A stretch of DNA of 64,000 bases from an uncultured delta proteobacterium (lineage in GTDB: Bacteria > Desulfobacterota > Binatia > UBA9968), in assembly GCA_963745035.1 (NCBI GenBank), contig CAVUVW010000013.1:96001-160000 (forward strand), given 5' to 3'. Position numbers and translations under genes: made by a program. This document shows positions 42,377 to 51,293 of this stretch, piece by piece. Under the pieces are notes generated by a model, which was given only the letters and a program-made list of their open reading frames with translations, was not told the DNA's origin and searched no databases. Position 1 is the first letter of the stretch. Every line of letters starts with the position of its first letter.

Positions 42377-42472
42377 AGATCGCCTGGTTCGCTGTTCACA
42401 AACGCGGCGCCCGAACGTCAAACCTCTCTGGTGGCGCCGTCCGTCAAGCCGATGCGCCAAGGAGGACGTCGT

Positions 42473-43246
42473 ATGATCGGAGAATCCACTGCGGCGACGC
42501 GGCTTTGCCCGCATTGTGCCAACAGTATCGCGGAAGACGCCGCGAAATGCTTTTATTGCAAGGCCGATTTCTCGTCCGAGCCGGCTCCTCCGTGGCTGAA
42601 GCGCGACGAGCCGTCGTCCCCGCCGAGACGCGCCGCAGCTCATCGTAGAATGCCGGCGGTTCCGGCGAAGTTTCTCTGGACCGGCGCCATGCTCGTCGTC
42701 GCCGTGCTCGCTTTCGTGGCCGGCGGCTACTTGCAGCGCAGCGATCCGTTGCGCGCTGAGGCCAACGTAAAGCAACTTCAAGCGAAGGATCTCATGATCC
42801 AGAGCCAGGAAGGACAGCTCGCGCAAGCGCGGCAGAAGCTCGAAGAGACTTCCAGCCAGCTCGCCGAAACGAAAAGCAAGCTCGAGAAAACCGAAAAGGA
42901 GCTCACGCTCGCTCAGCAGGGCCTCGGCGCCACCCGTCAAGCGGCCATCGCCGCGAATCGGTCTCCCGTTTCCGGTAGAGTTGCATCGCGCGCACCCGCT
43001 GCGTCGCTACCACAGCCGACGTCAGCTCGACAGACGCCAACCACGGGAGTTTACGAGACCACCCGGCCGACGTCAGTCTACGAAGATCCGTCCTCATCTG
43101 CGCGCGTAATCTCGCAAATTGAGCGAGGGACGAGAATCAACGTCGTCGGCTCCAAAGACGGCTGGCTCGAAGTGCGGTCCCGGAGCGGCAATCCTCCAGG
43201 ATATGTGCGCTCCGACGACGCTCGGCTGATCGGCGGAGCGAGCTGA
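42473..43246 (+). CDS. Zinc ribbon - TM - coiled coil - SH3b domain membrane protein
   Basis: CPHC..CFYC, one hydrophobic span, heptad stretch, C-terminal G....V......WLEV......GYV; AGGAGG RBS. Confidence 0.7.
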   Translation: MIGESTAATRLCPHCANSIAEDAAKCFYCKADFSSEPAPPWLKRDEPSSPPRRAAAHRRMPAVPAKFLWTGAMLVVAVLAFVAGGYLQRSDPLRAEANVKQLQAKDLMIQSQEGQLAQARQKLEETSSQLAETKSKLEKTEKELTLAQQGLGATRQAAIAANRSPVSGRVASRAPAASLPQPTSARQTPTTGVYETTRPTSVYEDPSSSARVISQIERGTRINVVGSKDGWLEVRSRSGNPPGYVRSDDARLIGGAS

Positions 43247-43623
43247 GAAATGCCCGAAGAGCCCGGGTCTGCAATTCGGGTTTTGATGCGCCAACATGAA
43301 TTTTTGCGAGACATCGCTTCAACCCCGGTGTTCGTGGCGCTTCCGGGAAATGCCGAGACGAAATGCCGAGCCACGCAAATTTTTTCGTAAGTTGTTGCCG
43401 ATGACGCTTCCTCTGAGCGACGAATCAGCAAATACGCGGGGGATCGAGCGCATGGCAGCGATGCGGGAAAACGGACGCGGGTGAATCCCAATCAGCCGCT
43501 GCATCAAGTCTATTCTCCATAAATTCTCAAATCCCCTCGACTTAGAAAATCGGCTTTTATAATGTGGGCCGTGGATTGCTTTCGGTGCCTGCTCAATAGC
43601 CTATTTCCAGGAGGGGACGAACG

Positions 43624-44604
43624 ATGAAAAAAATCATTCCGCCGATGATTTCGTCGCTGTTGATCGGCTTGTTGCTGCTTCCCGGAAAATCGGTCTTCGC
43701 TCTCGATCGAGTCAACGTCACCCTGCCGTCCAAGTCGTTTCAGTTCATCATCTTTCCCCTCGCCAAAGAGCGCGGCTACATGAGGGAGGAAGGAATCGAT
43801 CTCAATATCGTCGTCATGGCATCTACGCCGGGCCTGCAAGCCGTACTCGCCGGCGAAATGGATTTCACCGGTTCCGGCAGCAGCGCCCTGGTCGCCGTCA
43901 CTCAGGGCAATGCGCCGCTCAAAACGGTGCTCGCCGTCAACGATCAGGTGCTGCAGTGGCTGATGGTCCGGCCGCAGTACGGATCATTTAAAGAACTTAA
44001 GGGTAAGAAGGTCGCCGTCACCGGGATCGCCGCAGTGGCGACTTTCATGTTGAAAAAAGTTGCGCCGAAGTACGGCATCGACGCGAACAAGGACCTGACT
44101 TTCCTCGCGCTGCCGCCGGGCCAGCGCCTTGCGGCGCTGCAGTCGGGAGTCGTCGATGCGGGGCTATTGAGCTCCGAGGAGCGCTTCGCCGCCTTCGATC
44201 AAGGCATGAAAGAGATCTTGTACCTGGGCAAAGAGGTGAAAAACTCCTGGGGCACGGTGGCCACCAACGACCAATTCATCAAAGCGAAACCCAAGGTGAT
44301 GCATGGATTCATGCGCGCTCTGCTCAAATCGCTGCGTCTGGTCAAACAGAACCGCGAGGTCGCCATGGACACGATGATGAAATTTTCGGAGCTAGACAGG
44401 CAATTGGCCGCGCGCACTTACGACGGCATGATCGGAACTTTCACCACCAACGGCGTGGTCGACGAAGAAACCCAGAAAAACGATCTCGACATCGTGCGCG
44501 AAGTCCTCAAAGTCAGCAAGGAAGTTCCCATCGAGCGCGCCTACGATTTCAGCTTCGCAAAAAAAGCGGACAGCGAGCTAAGCCAAGCAGGCTGGAAACC
44601 GTAG
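43624..44604 (+). CDS. ABC-type substrate-binding protein, NMT1/SsuA-like
   Basis: Signal peptide, AKERGYMREEGIDL, ELKGKKVAV, YDFSF. Confidence 0.82.
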   Translation: MKKIIPPMISSLLIGLLLLPGKSVFALDRVNVTLPSKSFQFIIFPLAKERGYMREEGIDLNIVVMASTPGLQAVLAGEMDFTGSGSSALVAVTQGNAPLKTVLAVNDQVLQWLMVRPQYGSFKELKGKKVAVTGIAAVATFMLKKVAPKYGIDANKDLTFLALPPGQRLAALQSGVVDAGLLSSEERFAAFDQGMKEILYLGKEVKNSWGTVATNDQFIKAKPKVMHGFMRALLKSLRLVKQNREVAMDTMMKFSELDRQLAARTYDGMIGTFTTNGVVDEETQKNDLDIVREVLKVSKEVPIERAYDFSFAKKADSELSQAGWKP

Positions 44605-44652
44605 GAATTCTACAGGTGGAGTCTTGGCGCGCCCGCCACAGGGTCTCGGCAT

Positions 44653-45037
44653 TTACCGTATACTTTTAGGCCTGGGCATCGCAGCCCTGAATGCAATCTG
44701 GTCTTTCTTTTCTTTGGGTTGGGCCACCGCGTTATACATGGATTTTCCGTCAAAGCGCGCCATACTCGTTAGGTCCGCAAGCTCGTAGAAGCCGGTGTAG
44801 AAATCCCATTGGCTGAACACAAGAAAGTCATAATCCTTTGGGAATACGTCCCGGAGGTGCGCTGCGCTCGAAAACAGCCCCGGCTGCTTTGGGTTGATCG
44901 TCAGCTCGAAAACAACCACGGGGCGGTCGCGCCGCAAGGTTTCGGCGAGACTAAGCAGCGCTGATTTCTCAAATCCATCGATGTCCATCTTGACCAAGTC
45001 GATACGATCTACCCTGTTTTTTTCAGCGCCGCATCAC
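44653..45037 (-). pseudogene. 5'-truncated FkbM-family methyltransferase remnant
   Basis: VDRIDLVKMDIDGFE..L....L...RPVVVFE; N-terminal SAM-binding half is absent and there is no room for it before the divergent gene. Confidence 0.55.
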
Positions 45038-45158
45038 ACAAAAGACGGCTATTATGCGCGATACGGATTCGTAGTATGTAAGACTCGATACCAAGTCCCC
45101 GCGATCTTTGAATATCGAAGAAAGGGCCGCTTTGAAAAGGCGGTGAACACATGAATCT

Positions 45159-46325
45159 ATGAAGCGCAGCGCGGAAAGAATTCTCACCACTCATGTCGGC
45201 AGCCTCACCCGACCGGTGGAGATTATCGATGCCATGCGGGCCAGGGTCAATAACGAAACTTACGATCAGGGAAGCTTTGCCGAGAGCTTGCGCAAGGGCG
45301 TATCGGAGATCGTACGCAGGCAGTCCGAAGTCGGCATCGACGTCGTCAGCGACGGGGAGTTCGGCAAGTCGGGGTTCGCGATTTACATCAACGAACGGCT
45401 GGGCGGGTTTGAACGCCGCCCGGGCAATCCCGGGGAGTCCGGCGTCTCGCGCGGCAAGGACCGCCGGGACTTCGCCGACTTCTATCGCGAGTACGATCGC
45501 CTTACGCAGCCTCACCGTCCCACGAGTGTGAAATGGGTGTGTACCGGCCCGATCACCTATGATCCGACTCTGCTCCGGATCGATATCGCCAACTTCAAGA
45601 CGGCGCTCGCGGGCGTAAGCGTGACAGAAGCATTCATGCCGGTCGCCGCGCCGATTACCGTCGAGACCGACCGCCGAAACGAATACTACCCGAGCCAGGA
45701 AGCTTACCTTTATGCCATCGCCGACGCGCTCAAGCAGGAGTACAAGGCGATCGTCGACGCCGGATTTCTCGTTCAGTTGGACGATCCATGGATCACCGCG
45801 CGCTGGGACCAACTGTTACCCGACATCGATCTGAGGGAATTTCAAAAATTTTGCGAAGCGCGCATCGAAGCGACTAACTATGCGCTCGCGGACATTCCGC
45901 GCGAGCGCGTCCGCTACCATATCTGCTGGGGCAGCTGGCATGGACCCCACACCACAGACATTCCGATCAAGCACATCCAGCCGCTCTTCCTGAAGGTCAA
46001 AGCCGGCGCCTATCTGTTCGAAGCAGCAAACGTGCGCCATGAGCATGAATGGATAGTGTGGCAGGACGTCAAGCCACCCGAAGGGGCAGTGCTCATCCCA
46101 GGCGTGGTCACCCATGCGACCAATTTGATCGAGCATCCCGAGCTGGTGGCGCAGCGCATCGTGCGGCTTGCCAAGCTCGTCGGGCGGGAAAACGTGCTTG
46201 CCGGCACCGATTGCGGCTTTTCCCAAGGCCCCTTCAGCGCCAAAGTCCATTCATCGATCCAATGGGCAAAGCTCAAGGCTCTGGTCGAGGGAGCGGAACT
46301 GGCAAGCAAAGAGCTATGGCCGTAG
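45159..46325 (+). CDS. Cobalamin-independent methionine synthase II family (single-barrel MetE-like / epoxyalkane:CoM transferase-like)
   Basis: ILTTHVGSL.RP, VSDGEFGK, QLDDP, zinc ligands HICWG and GTDCGF. Confidence 0.88.
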   Translation: MKRSAERILTTHVGSLTRPVEIIDAMRARVNNETYDQGSFAESLRKGVSEIVRRQSEVGIDVVSDGEFGKSGFAIYINERLGGFERRPGNPGESGVSRGKDRRDFADFYREYDRLTQPHRPTSVKWVCTGPITYDPTLLRIDIANFKTALAGVSVTEAFMPVAAPITVETDRRNEYYPSQEAYLYAIADALKQEYKAIVDAGFLVQLDDPWITARWDQLLPDIDLREFQKFCEARIEATNYALADIPRERVRYHICWGSWHGPHTTDIPIKHIQPLFLKVKAGAYLFEAANVRHEHEWIVWQDVKPPEGAVLIPGVVTHATNLIEHPELVAQRIVRLAKLVGRENVLAGTDCGFSQGPFSAKVHSSIQWAKLKALVEGAELASKELWP

Positions 46326-46414
46326 AAAGTTTCGCGTCTCGAGTTAACCGGAACCCGAAATTCGGAACCGCGTAAGCGCATTCGGCAGTCAGCCATAATT
46401 TAAGAGGAGAATTC

Positions 46415-47296
46415 ATGAAGCAAAAATATTTCGATTGCCATTTTCATATCATCGACAAGAACTTTCCGGTCGTGCCCAACCAAGGATTCATGCCCGACGC
46501 GTTTACCAGCGAGGATTATTTGGCGCGCGTAAAAGCGGTCGATCTCTGCGGCGGCGCGGTGGTGTCCGGGTCTTTCCAGGCTTTCGATCAATCGTACCTG
46601 TTCCACGCGTTGAAGGTCCTCGGCCCAACCTTTGTCGGTGTCACCCAGGTGCCGCAAACCGTTTCGGATCAGGAATTACAGGAGCTCAATAGCGCGGGCG
46701 TTCGCGCCGTCCGTTTCAACGTCAAGCGTGGCGGTTCGGAAGATATTCGCCACCTGGAAAATTTTGCGCGCCGCGTTCATAAGCTGGTCGGCTGGCATAC
46801 AGAGTTGTACGTCGACTCCAGCGAGCTTGCCGATCTTTTCGATACGCTGGCTTCGTTGCCGGCCGTCAGCATCGATCATCTCGGTCTCTCCAAGGCGGGT
46901 TTCCCCACCCTCCTCAAGCTCGCGGAGAAGGGCGTGCGAGTCAAAGCCACCGGTTTCGGTCGAGTGGATTTTGACGTGCGCGGCGCGCTGACGGACCTTT
47001 ACGCCGCCAGTCCGCGGGCGCTCATGTTCGGCACCGACCTGCCGTCCACGCGCGCGCCGAGGCCGTATCAAGACGATGACTACACCTTGGTTCTGGAAAC
47101 ATTGGGAGAGGAAAAGGCGGCGAATGTTTTCTACAAAAATGCCATCGAGTTTCTATCGGCCAAAGAAGGCTGGTTAACGAATGTGTGGACGCCGAGAGCG
47201 GTCACCCACTTGACTAACTGGGAATCGCCGCATGCTTCAATCGCAAATGTTTTGAATTTCATCGCGGCTTGGTACACTACTAAGCATCAGGATTAA
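46415..47296 (+). CDS. Amidohydrolase family (2-pyrone-4,6-dicarboxylate hydrolase-like); true end may be 47177
   Basis: FDCHFHII, VVSGSFQ, SIDHLG, KATGFGR, MFGTDLPSTRA; removing one base near 47154 gives ..FYRPKKAG-stop. Confidence 0.82.
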   Translation: MKQKYFDCHFHIIDKNFPVVPNQGFMPDAFTSEDYLARVKAVDLCGGAVVSGSFQAFDQSYLFHALKVLGPTFVGVTQVPQTVSDQELQELNSAGVRAVRFNVKRGGSEDIRHLENFARRVHKLVGWHTELYVDSSELADLFDTLASLPAVSIDHLGLSKAGFPTLLKLAEKGVRVKATGFGRVDFDVRGALTDLYAASPRALMFGTDLPSTRAPRPYQDDDYTLVLETLGEEKAANVFYKNAIEFLSAKEGWLTNVWTPRAVTHLTNWESPHASIANVLNFIAAWYTTKHQD

Positions 47297-47320
47297 CAAT
47301 CCCTATCAAGAAATCACGCC

Positions 47321-48818
47321 ATGATCCCCGTTTCTGAAAACCATCCCGCCGCCCGATTCGCCTTTGACAATACCTACGCGCGCGAGCTTGAGGATTTCTA
47401 CGTAAGCTGGAAGGCAACGCAAGTCGCGCGGCCCCGGCTCGTCAAGCTCAACCGTGAGTTGGCCGAAGAACTCGCGCTGGACGCCGGCGCTCTCGATTCC
47501 GAGGAAGGCGCGCGGATCTTTGCGGGCAATGAAACCCCCGAAGGCGCGGCGCCGCTGGCTCAAGCGTACGCCGGCCATCAGTTCGGCGGGTTCGTGCCCC
47601 AACTCGGCGACGGCCGGGCGCTGCTCCTCGGCGAGGTGATCGACCGTCACGGACGCCGCCGTGACATTCAGCTCAAAGGCTCGGGCCCCACCCCCTTTTC
47701 GCGCGCCGGCGACGGCCGAGCAGCGCTCGGGCCGGTGCTCCGTGAATATTTGCTCGGCGAAGCGATGCACGCGCTCGGCATTCCGACGACGCGGGCGCTC
47801 GCCGCCGTCATCACGGGCGAGCCAGTCTTTCGCGAGACTGCGCTGCCGGGTGCGGTTTTGACGCGCGTTGCCGCGAGCCACATCCGTGTCGGCACTTTCC
47901 AATTTTTCGCCGCGCGCGGCGAGCAGGACAAGGTGCGCCGCCTGGCCGACTACGTGATCGATCGCCACTACCCCGAACTAAGGGAACACGCCAATCCCTA
48001 TGTGGCATTGCTCGAGCGCGTGCGCGACAGTCAGGCCGCCCTGGTCGCGAGCTGGATGCATGTGGGGTTCATCCACGGTGTGATGAACACCGACAACATG
48101 GCGATCTCCGGAGAGACCATCGACTACGGCCCCTGCGCCTTCATGGATCACTACGATCCGGCCACAGTGTTCAGCTCCATCGACACTCGCGGCCGCTATG
48201 CCTACGCCAGTCAGCCGAAGATCGCGCAATGGAATATTGCGCGCTTTGCCGAGACCCTCCTGCCTCTCATCGATACCGATGGCAAGCGGGCGGTCGCGCG
48301 GGCCACTGAAGCGGTCAATGCCTTTTCGGAACAATACGAACGTCACTGGCTAAAGGGCATGCGTGCCAAGCTCGGGCTGATCTGGTGAAGAGGAGGCCGA
48401 TCTAAACCTCGCCACGGGATTTCTGACCGCGATGGATGGCAGAAACGTCGACCACACGTTGGCTTTCCGTTACCTCGCCGATGCGGCCTTGGGTCGGGAG
48501 GAACCGATCCGCGCGCTGTTTGCCGATCCCTCCGCTTACGATCTCTGGAGCGAACACTGGCGCGCGCGGCTTGCGCGCGACGCGATGGCGCCTTCGGAGC
48601 GAGCGCAGGCGATGCGCCGCGTCAATCCAGCGTTCATTCCGCGCAACCATCGCGTCGAGGAAGCCTTGAGCGCCGCAGTGGAGCGCGGCGATTACGCGCC
48701 TTTCGAGACCCTGCTGCATATCCTATCGCGTCCCTTCGACGATCAGCCCGAGTTCGTCGCCTTTGCCGAACCTCCGCCGGAAGGGCAAGGTCATTACCGA
48801 ACCTTCTGAGGTACCTGA
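47321..48818 (+). CDS. selO: Protein adenylyltransferase SelO/YdiU (one frameshift near 48383; in-frame TGA 48807-48809, candidate Sec)
   Basis: [55 protein letters not shown]-terminus YRTF-TGA-GT-TGA. Confidence 0.9.
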
Positions 48819-48823
48819 GTCGA

Positions 48824-48841
48824 CGCGTCCGGGCCGACGCG
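48824..48841 (+). promoter_or_regulatory. Candidate bacterial SECIS hairpin
   Basis: CGCGTC-CGGGCC-GACGCG; loop begins 21 nt after the in-frame TGA and has G at its second position. Confidence 0.45.
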
Positions 48842-48886
48842 AAATTATCACAAGCTTCGTCAGCAAGAACCAAGGATCGGAGATTG

Positions 48887-48969
48887 CACCGCAGAGCCGC
48901 TGAGGGCGCCGAGTAAAAGTTTTTGATAGACATTGCTCCGAACTCAGCGAACTCTGTGCCTCTGCGGTG
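48887..48969. repeat. Palindromic element of 9-nt (C)GCAGAG-like units
   Basis: CACCGCAGAGCCGCTGAGGGCGCCGAG ... CTCAGCGAACTCTGTGCCTCTGCGGTG. Confidence 0.7.
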
Positions 48970-49021
48970 AAAAATTTCTTCAGACGAAACTCGCAAGAAC
49001 CGGAGGCGCATCGAACTCGGC

Positions 49022-49780
49022 ATGGCGCAAAAATTTTACGTGGTTTGGTCGGGACGGCAGACCGGCGTATTCACCGACTGGGCAACGACCCAGCGCGCCG
49101 TGGATAAGTTTGTCGGCGCGCGCTTCAAGTCCTTCCCGACCCGTGCGGAAGCGGAGGAAGCGTTTGCGCGCGGCGGCGCCGCAAACGTTCCGAACAGAAC
49201 GTCAAGCGATCAAAAAGCCGGTGCACGCGCAAATAACCGCGCTGCCCCGCATAACGCTCACCAATTCGATGTCACCATCTATTGCGACGGCGCCTGCGAG
49301 CCCAATCCCGGCAACGCCGGCTCCGGCATCGTAGTGTATCGAGCCGGCAAACTCGCGGAGTTATGGTACGGCCTGTACAACCCGATGGGCACCAACAACA
49401 CCGCCGAGCTGAATGCTCTCTATCACGCGCTGCGCATGGCCGAAGCAGAGATCGACGCCGGCAAAACCGTCGAGGTGTGCAGCGACTCGGCGTACTCCAT
49501 CAATTGCGTTCGCACCTGGGCGTCAAGCTGGGAGAAGAAAGGCTGGAAAAAATCCGGCGGCGAGATCAAGAACCTGGAAATCATCCAGGCCTGTTACACG
49601 ATCTACGGCCGTATCAAAGACAAGCTCACACTTACCCACGTCGCCGGCCACGCCGGCAACGAAGGAAACGAGCTCGCCGACCGCATGGCCATGCTCGCCG
49701 TGCAGAGCAAACAAAAAGACCTGCGTCTCTATCAGGAAACCATGGATATCCCGACGCTGCTCAAGATGCGCGCGGGGTGA
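49022..49780 (+). CDS. rnhA: Ribonuclease HI with N-terminal hybrid-binding (viroplasmin) domain
   Basis: KFYVVWSGRQTGVFTDW..FKSF.T..EA; YCDGAC.PNPG, TNNTAEL, SDSAY, HV.GHAG.EGNELAD. Confidence 0.9.
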   Translation: MAQKFYVVWSGRQTGVFTDWATTQRAVDKFVGARFKSFPTRAEAEEAFARGGAANVPNRTSSDQKAGARANNRAAPHNAHQFDVTIYCDGACEPNPGNAGSGIVVYRAGKLAELWYGLYNPMGTNNTAELNALYHALRMAEAEIDAGKTVEVCSDSAYSINCVRTWASSWEKKGWKKSGGEIKNLEIIQACYTIYGRIKDKLTLTHVAGHAGNEGNELADRMAMLAVQSKQKDLRLYQETMDIPTLLKMRAG

Positions 49781-50090
49781 CTGGTCCAAACCGCCGCAGG
49801 AACCGTTCTGCACCCGATTCTTGGCGGCGTCCGCGGCGAACTCCAGATCGAGGGTCATTCTTCAATCCCTCCCAACGACTATGGGCAACCCTATCCCTCT
49901 ATTTACTTATTTAGCGCGCGGCATTTCGATCGTTTTTATGTGACGCCTTCTGAGTGAATCGATCACTGCTCGTTCATCCCCGGATGCGTGCGCTGCCTAA
50001 TTGACTTGGCAACAATCGAGTAGTTAGATTTTAGTCACCTACGGTAATGTATGTCTCCACGCGACGATCTGTTTGATCATGGAGGACAAA

Positions 50091-50528
50091 ATGTCGCTGA
50101 TCATGACGCAACAAGAGCGCGAGGCGTTTCTCGCCGATGTTCACGTCGGCGTCATCAGTATTTCCGACGAAGGCAGAGGACCGCTCACGGTGCCGATCTG
50201 GTATGCCTATGACCCGGGAGGAGATTTGCGAATAATGACCGGCAGGGAATCGCAGAAGGGACGGCTGCTTGCGCGAGCGGGGCGATTCAGCCTCTGCGCC
50301 CAAACGGAGAACCCACCGTACAAATACGTGAGTGTGGAGGGCGCCATCGTTTCCACTGAAGCGGCGGATATCGAGCGCGATCTGCGCCCGCTCGCCCGCC
50401 GCTACCTGGGACAAAAAATGGGCGATCGCTATGTCGAGGAAACGCGAAATTTACCGACGCATAGCGACAACGTACTTATCCGCATGCGTCCTGAGCGGTG
50501 GCTGACCACCGATTATGCAAAAGAATAG
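50091..50528 (+). CDS. Pyridoxamine 5'-phosphate oxidase-like (FDOR/split-barrel) protein
   Basis: EREAFLA..HVGVIS, P.WY.Y, YKYVSVEG, RPERW; ATG after GGAGG. Confidence 0.82.
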   Translation: MSLIMTQQEREAFLADVHVGVISISDEGRGPLTVPIWYAYDPGGDLRIMTGRESQKGRLLARAGRFSLCAQTENPPYKYVSVEGAIVSTEAADIERDLRPLARRYLGQKMGDRYVEETRNLPTHSDNVLIRMRPERWLTTDYAKE

Positions 50529-50639
50529 GGCGCTGTGTGATGAGCAGCAGCATCTGACTCCGGCCGTTCGGAACTAGCCGAATCCCGATCAGGGTTGACC
50601 GCGCGGTTTAATCCTATCGATCCATCGCCGCGCGGCACG

Positions 50640-51062
50640 CTAGGCGCCGGATCGGAGGCTGCCGTAGATGCGCTCGGGTGTGACAAGAACTATGTTGCGC
50701 TCTTCCTTACGCATCTGCTCGGCGAATTCCTCGTCTGTGCCCTTGGGCGCCCGGCCCATAGACGTGTAGAGATCTTTTAGCCGCTTGAGGTGCGCCGGCG
50801 TGTTTTGCCAGGGCTCGATGGACGCCGGACCTTCGACGGTGACGTAGCGCCGCGTGTCGAGCTTGACGACTGTGACTGTCGCCCGCCCTGTCCGCTGAAT
50901 GTTCTTGACCTTCACCGTCCATCCCCGCGAGGCGAATCCGACCTTGCCGTCGAGCACCGCCGTCGAGACGATGGTCGACTGCGCACGGCCTTTCGGCGTC
51001 ACGCTGATCGCGACGCCGGTGTGATTTTCTTGGAGCAGGGGGAGTGCTTCATTCCATTCCAT
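50640..51062 (-). CDS. PPOX-class split-barrel protein, possibly F420-dependent
   Basis: G.AQ.T.V, KVKNIQR, YVTVEG.A, EF...M..E.R......PER.YG; GGAGG RBS. Confidence 0.75.
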   Translation of the reverse strand: MEWNEALPLLQENHTGVAISVTPKGRAQSTIVSTAVLDGKVGFASRGWTVKVKNIQRTGRATVTVVKLDTRRYVTVEGPASIEPWQNTPAHLKRLKDLYTSMGRAPKGTDEEFAEQMRKEERNIVLVTPERIYGSLRSGA

Positions 51063-51293
51063 CTAATTGTTCCTCCAAAAATTAAAGTGTTGTCTGCTTA
51101 CCACGATAAACTCGGCACGTATAACTCCGCCCGCCGCGATGAGTCAAGCTGGATGGTAGCAGATTGATGCTGCGAGGAGTAACCGCACCCGGATTAGCCG
51201 CCTTTCTGCGACGCGCGCTTTCCGTCATGCGTGAAGAGCCAACCCGAGTGTGTTAAGTTATTTTCCTTTCCATCGGCAATGCTCGAGTGTGTT

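Noticed and set aside
48386-48388. Internal TGA in selO as a second Sec codon
   Set aside because: The downstream protein continues in another frame; one extra base near 48383 explains it
49523-49858. Minus-strand ORF with GGAGG upstream (MTLDLEFAAD...)
   Set aside because: Mostly overlaps rnhA antisense and has no recognisable motif; at best a short remnant
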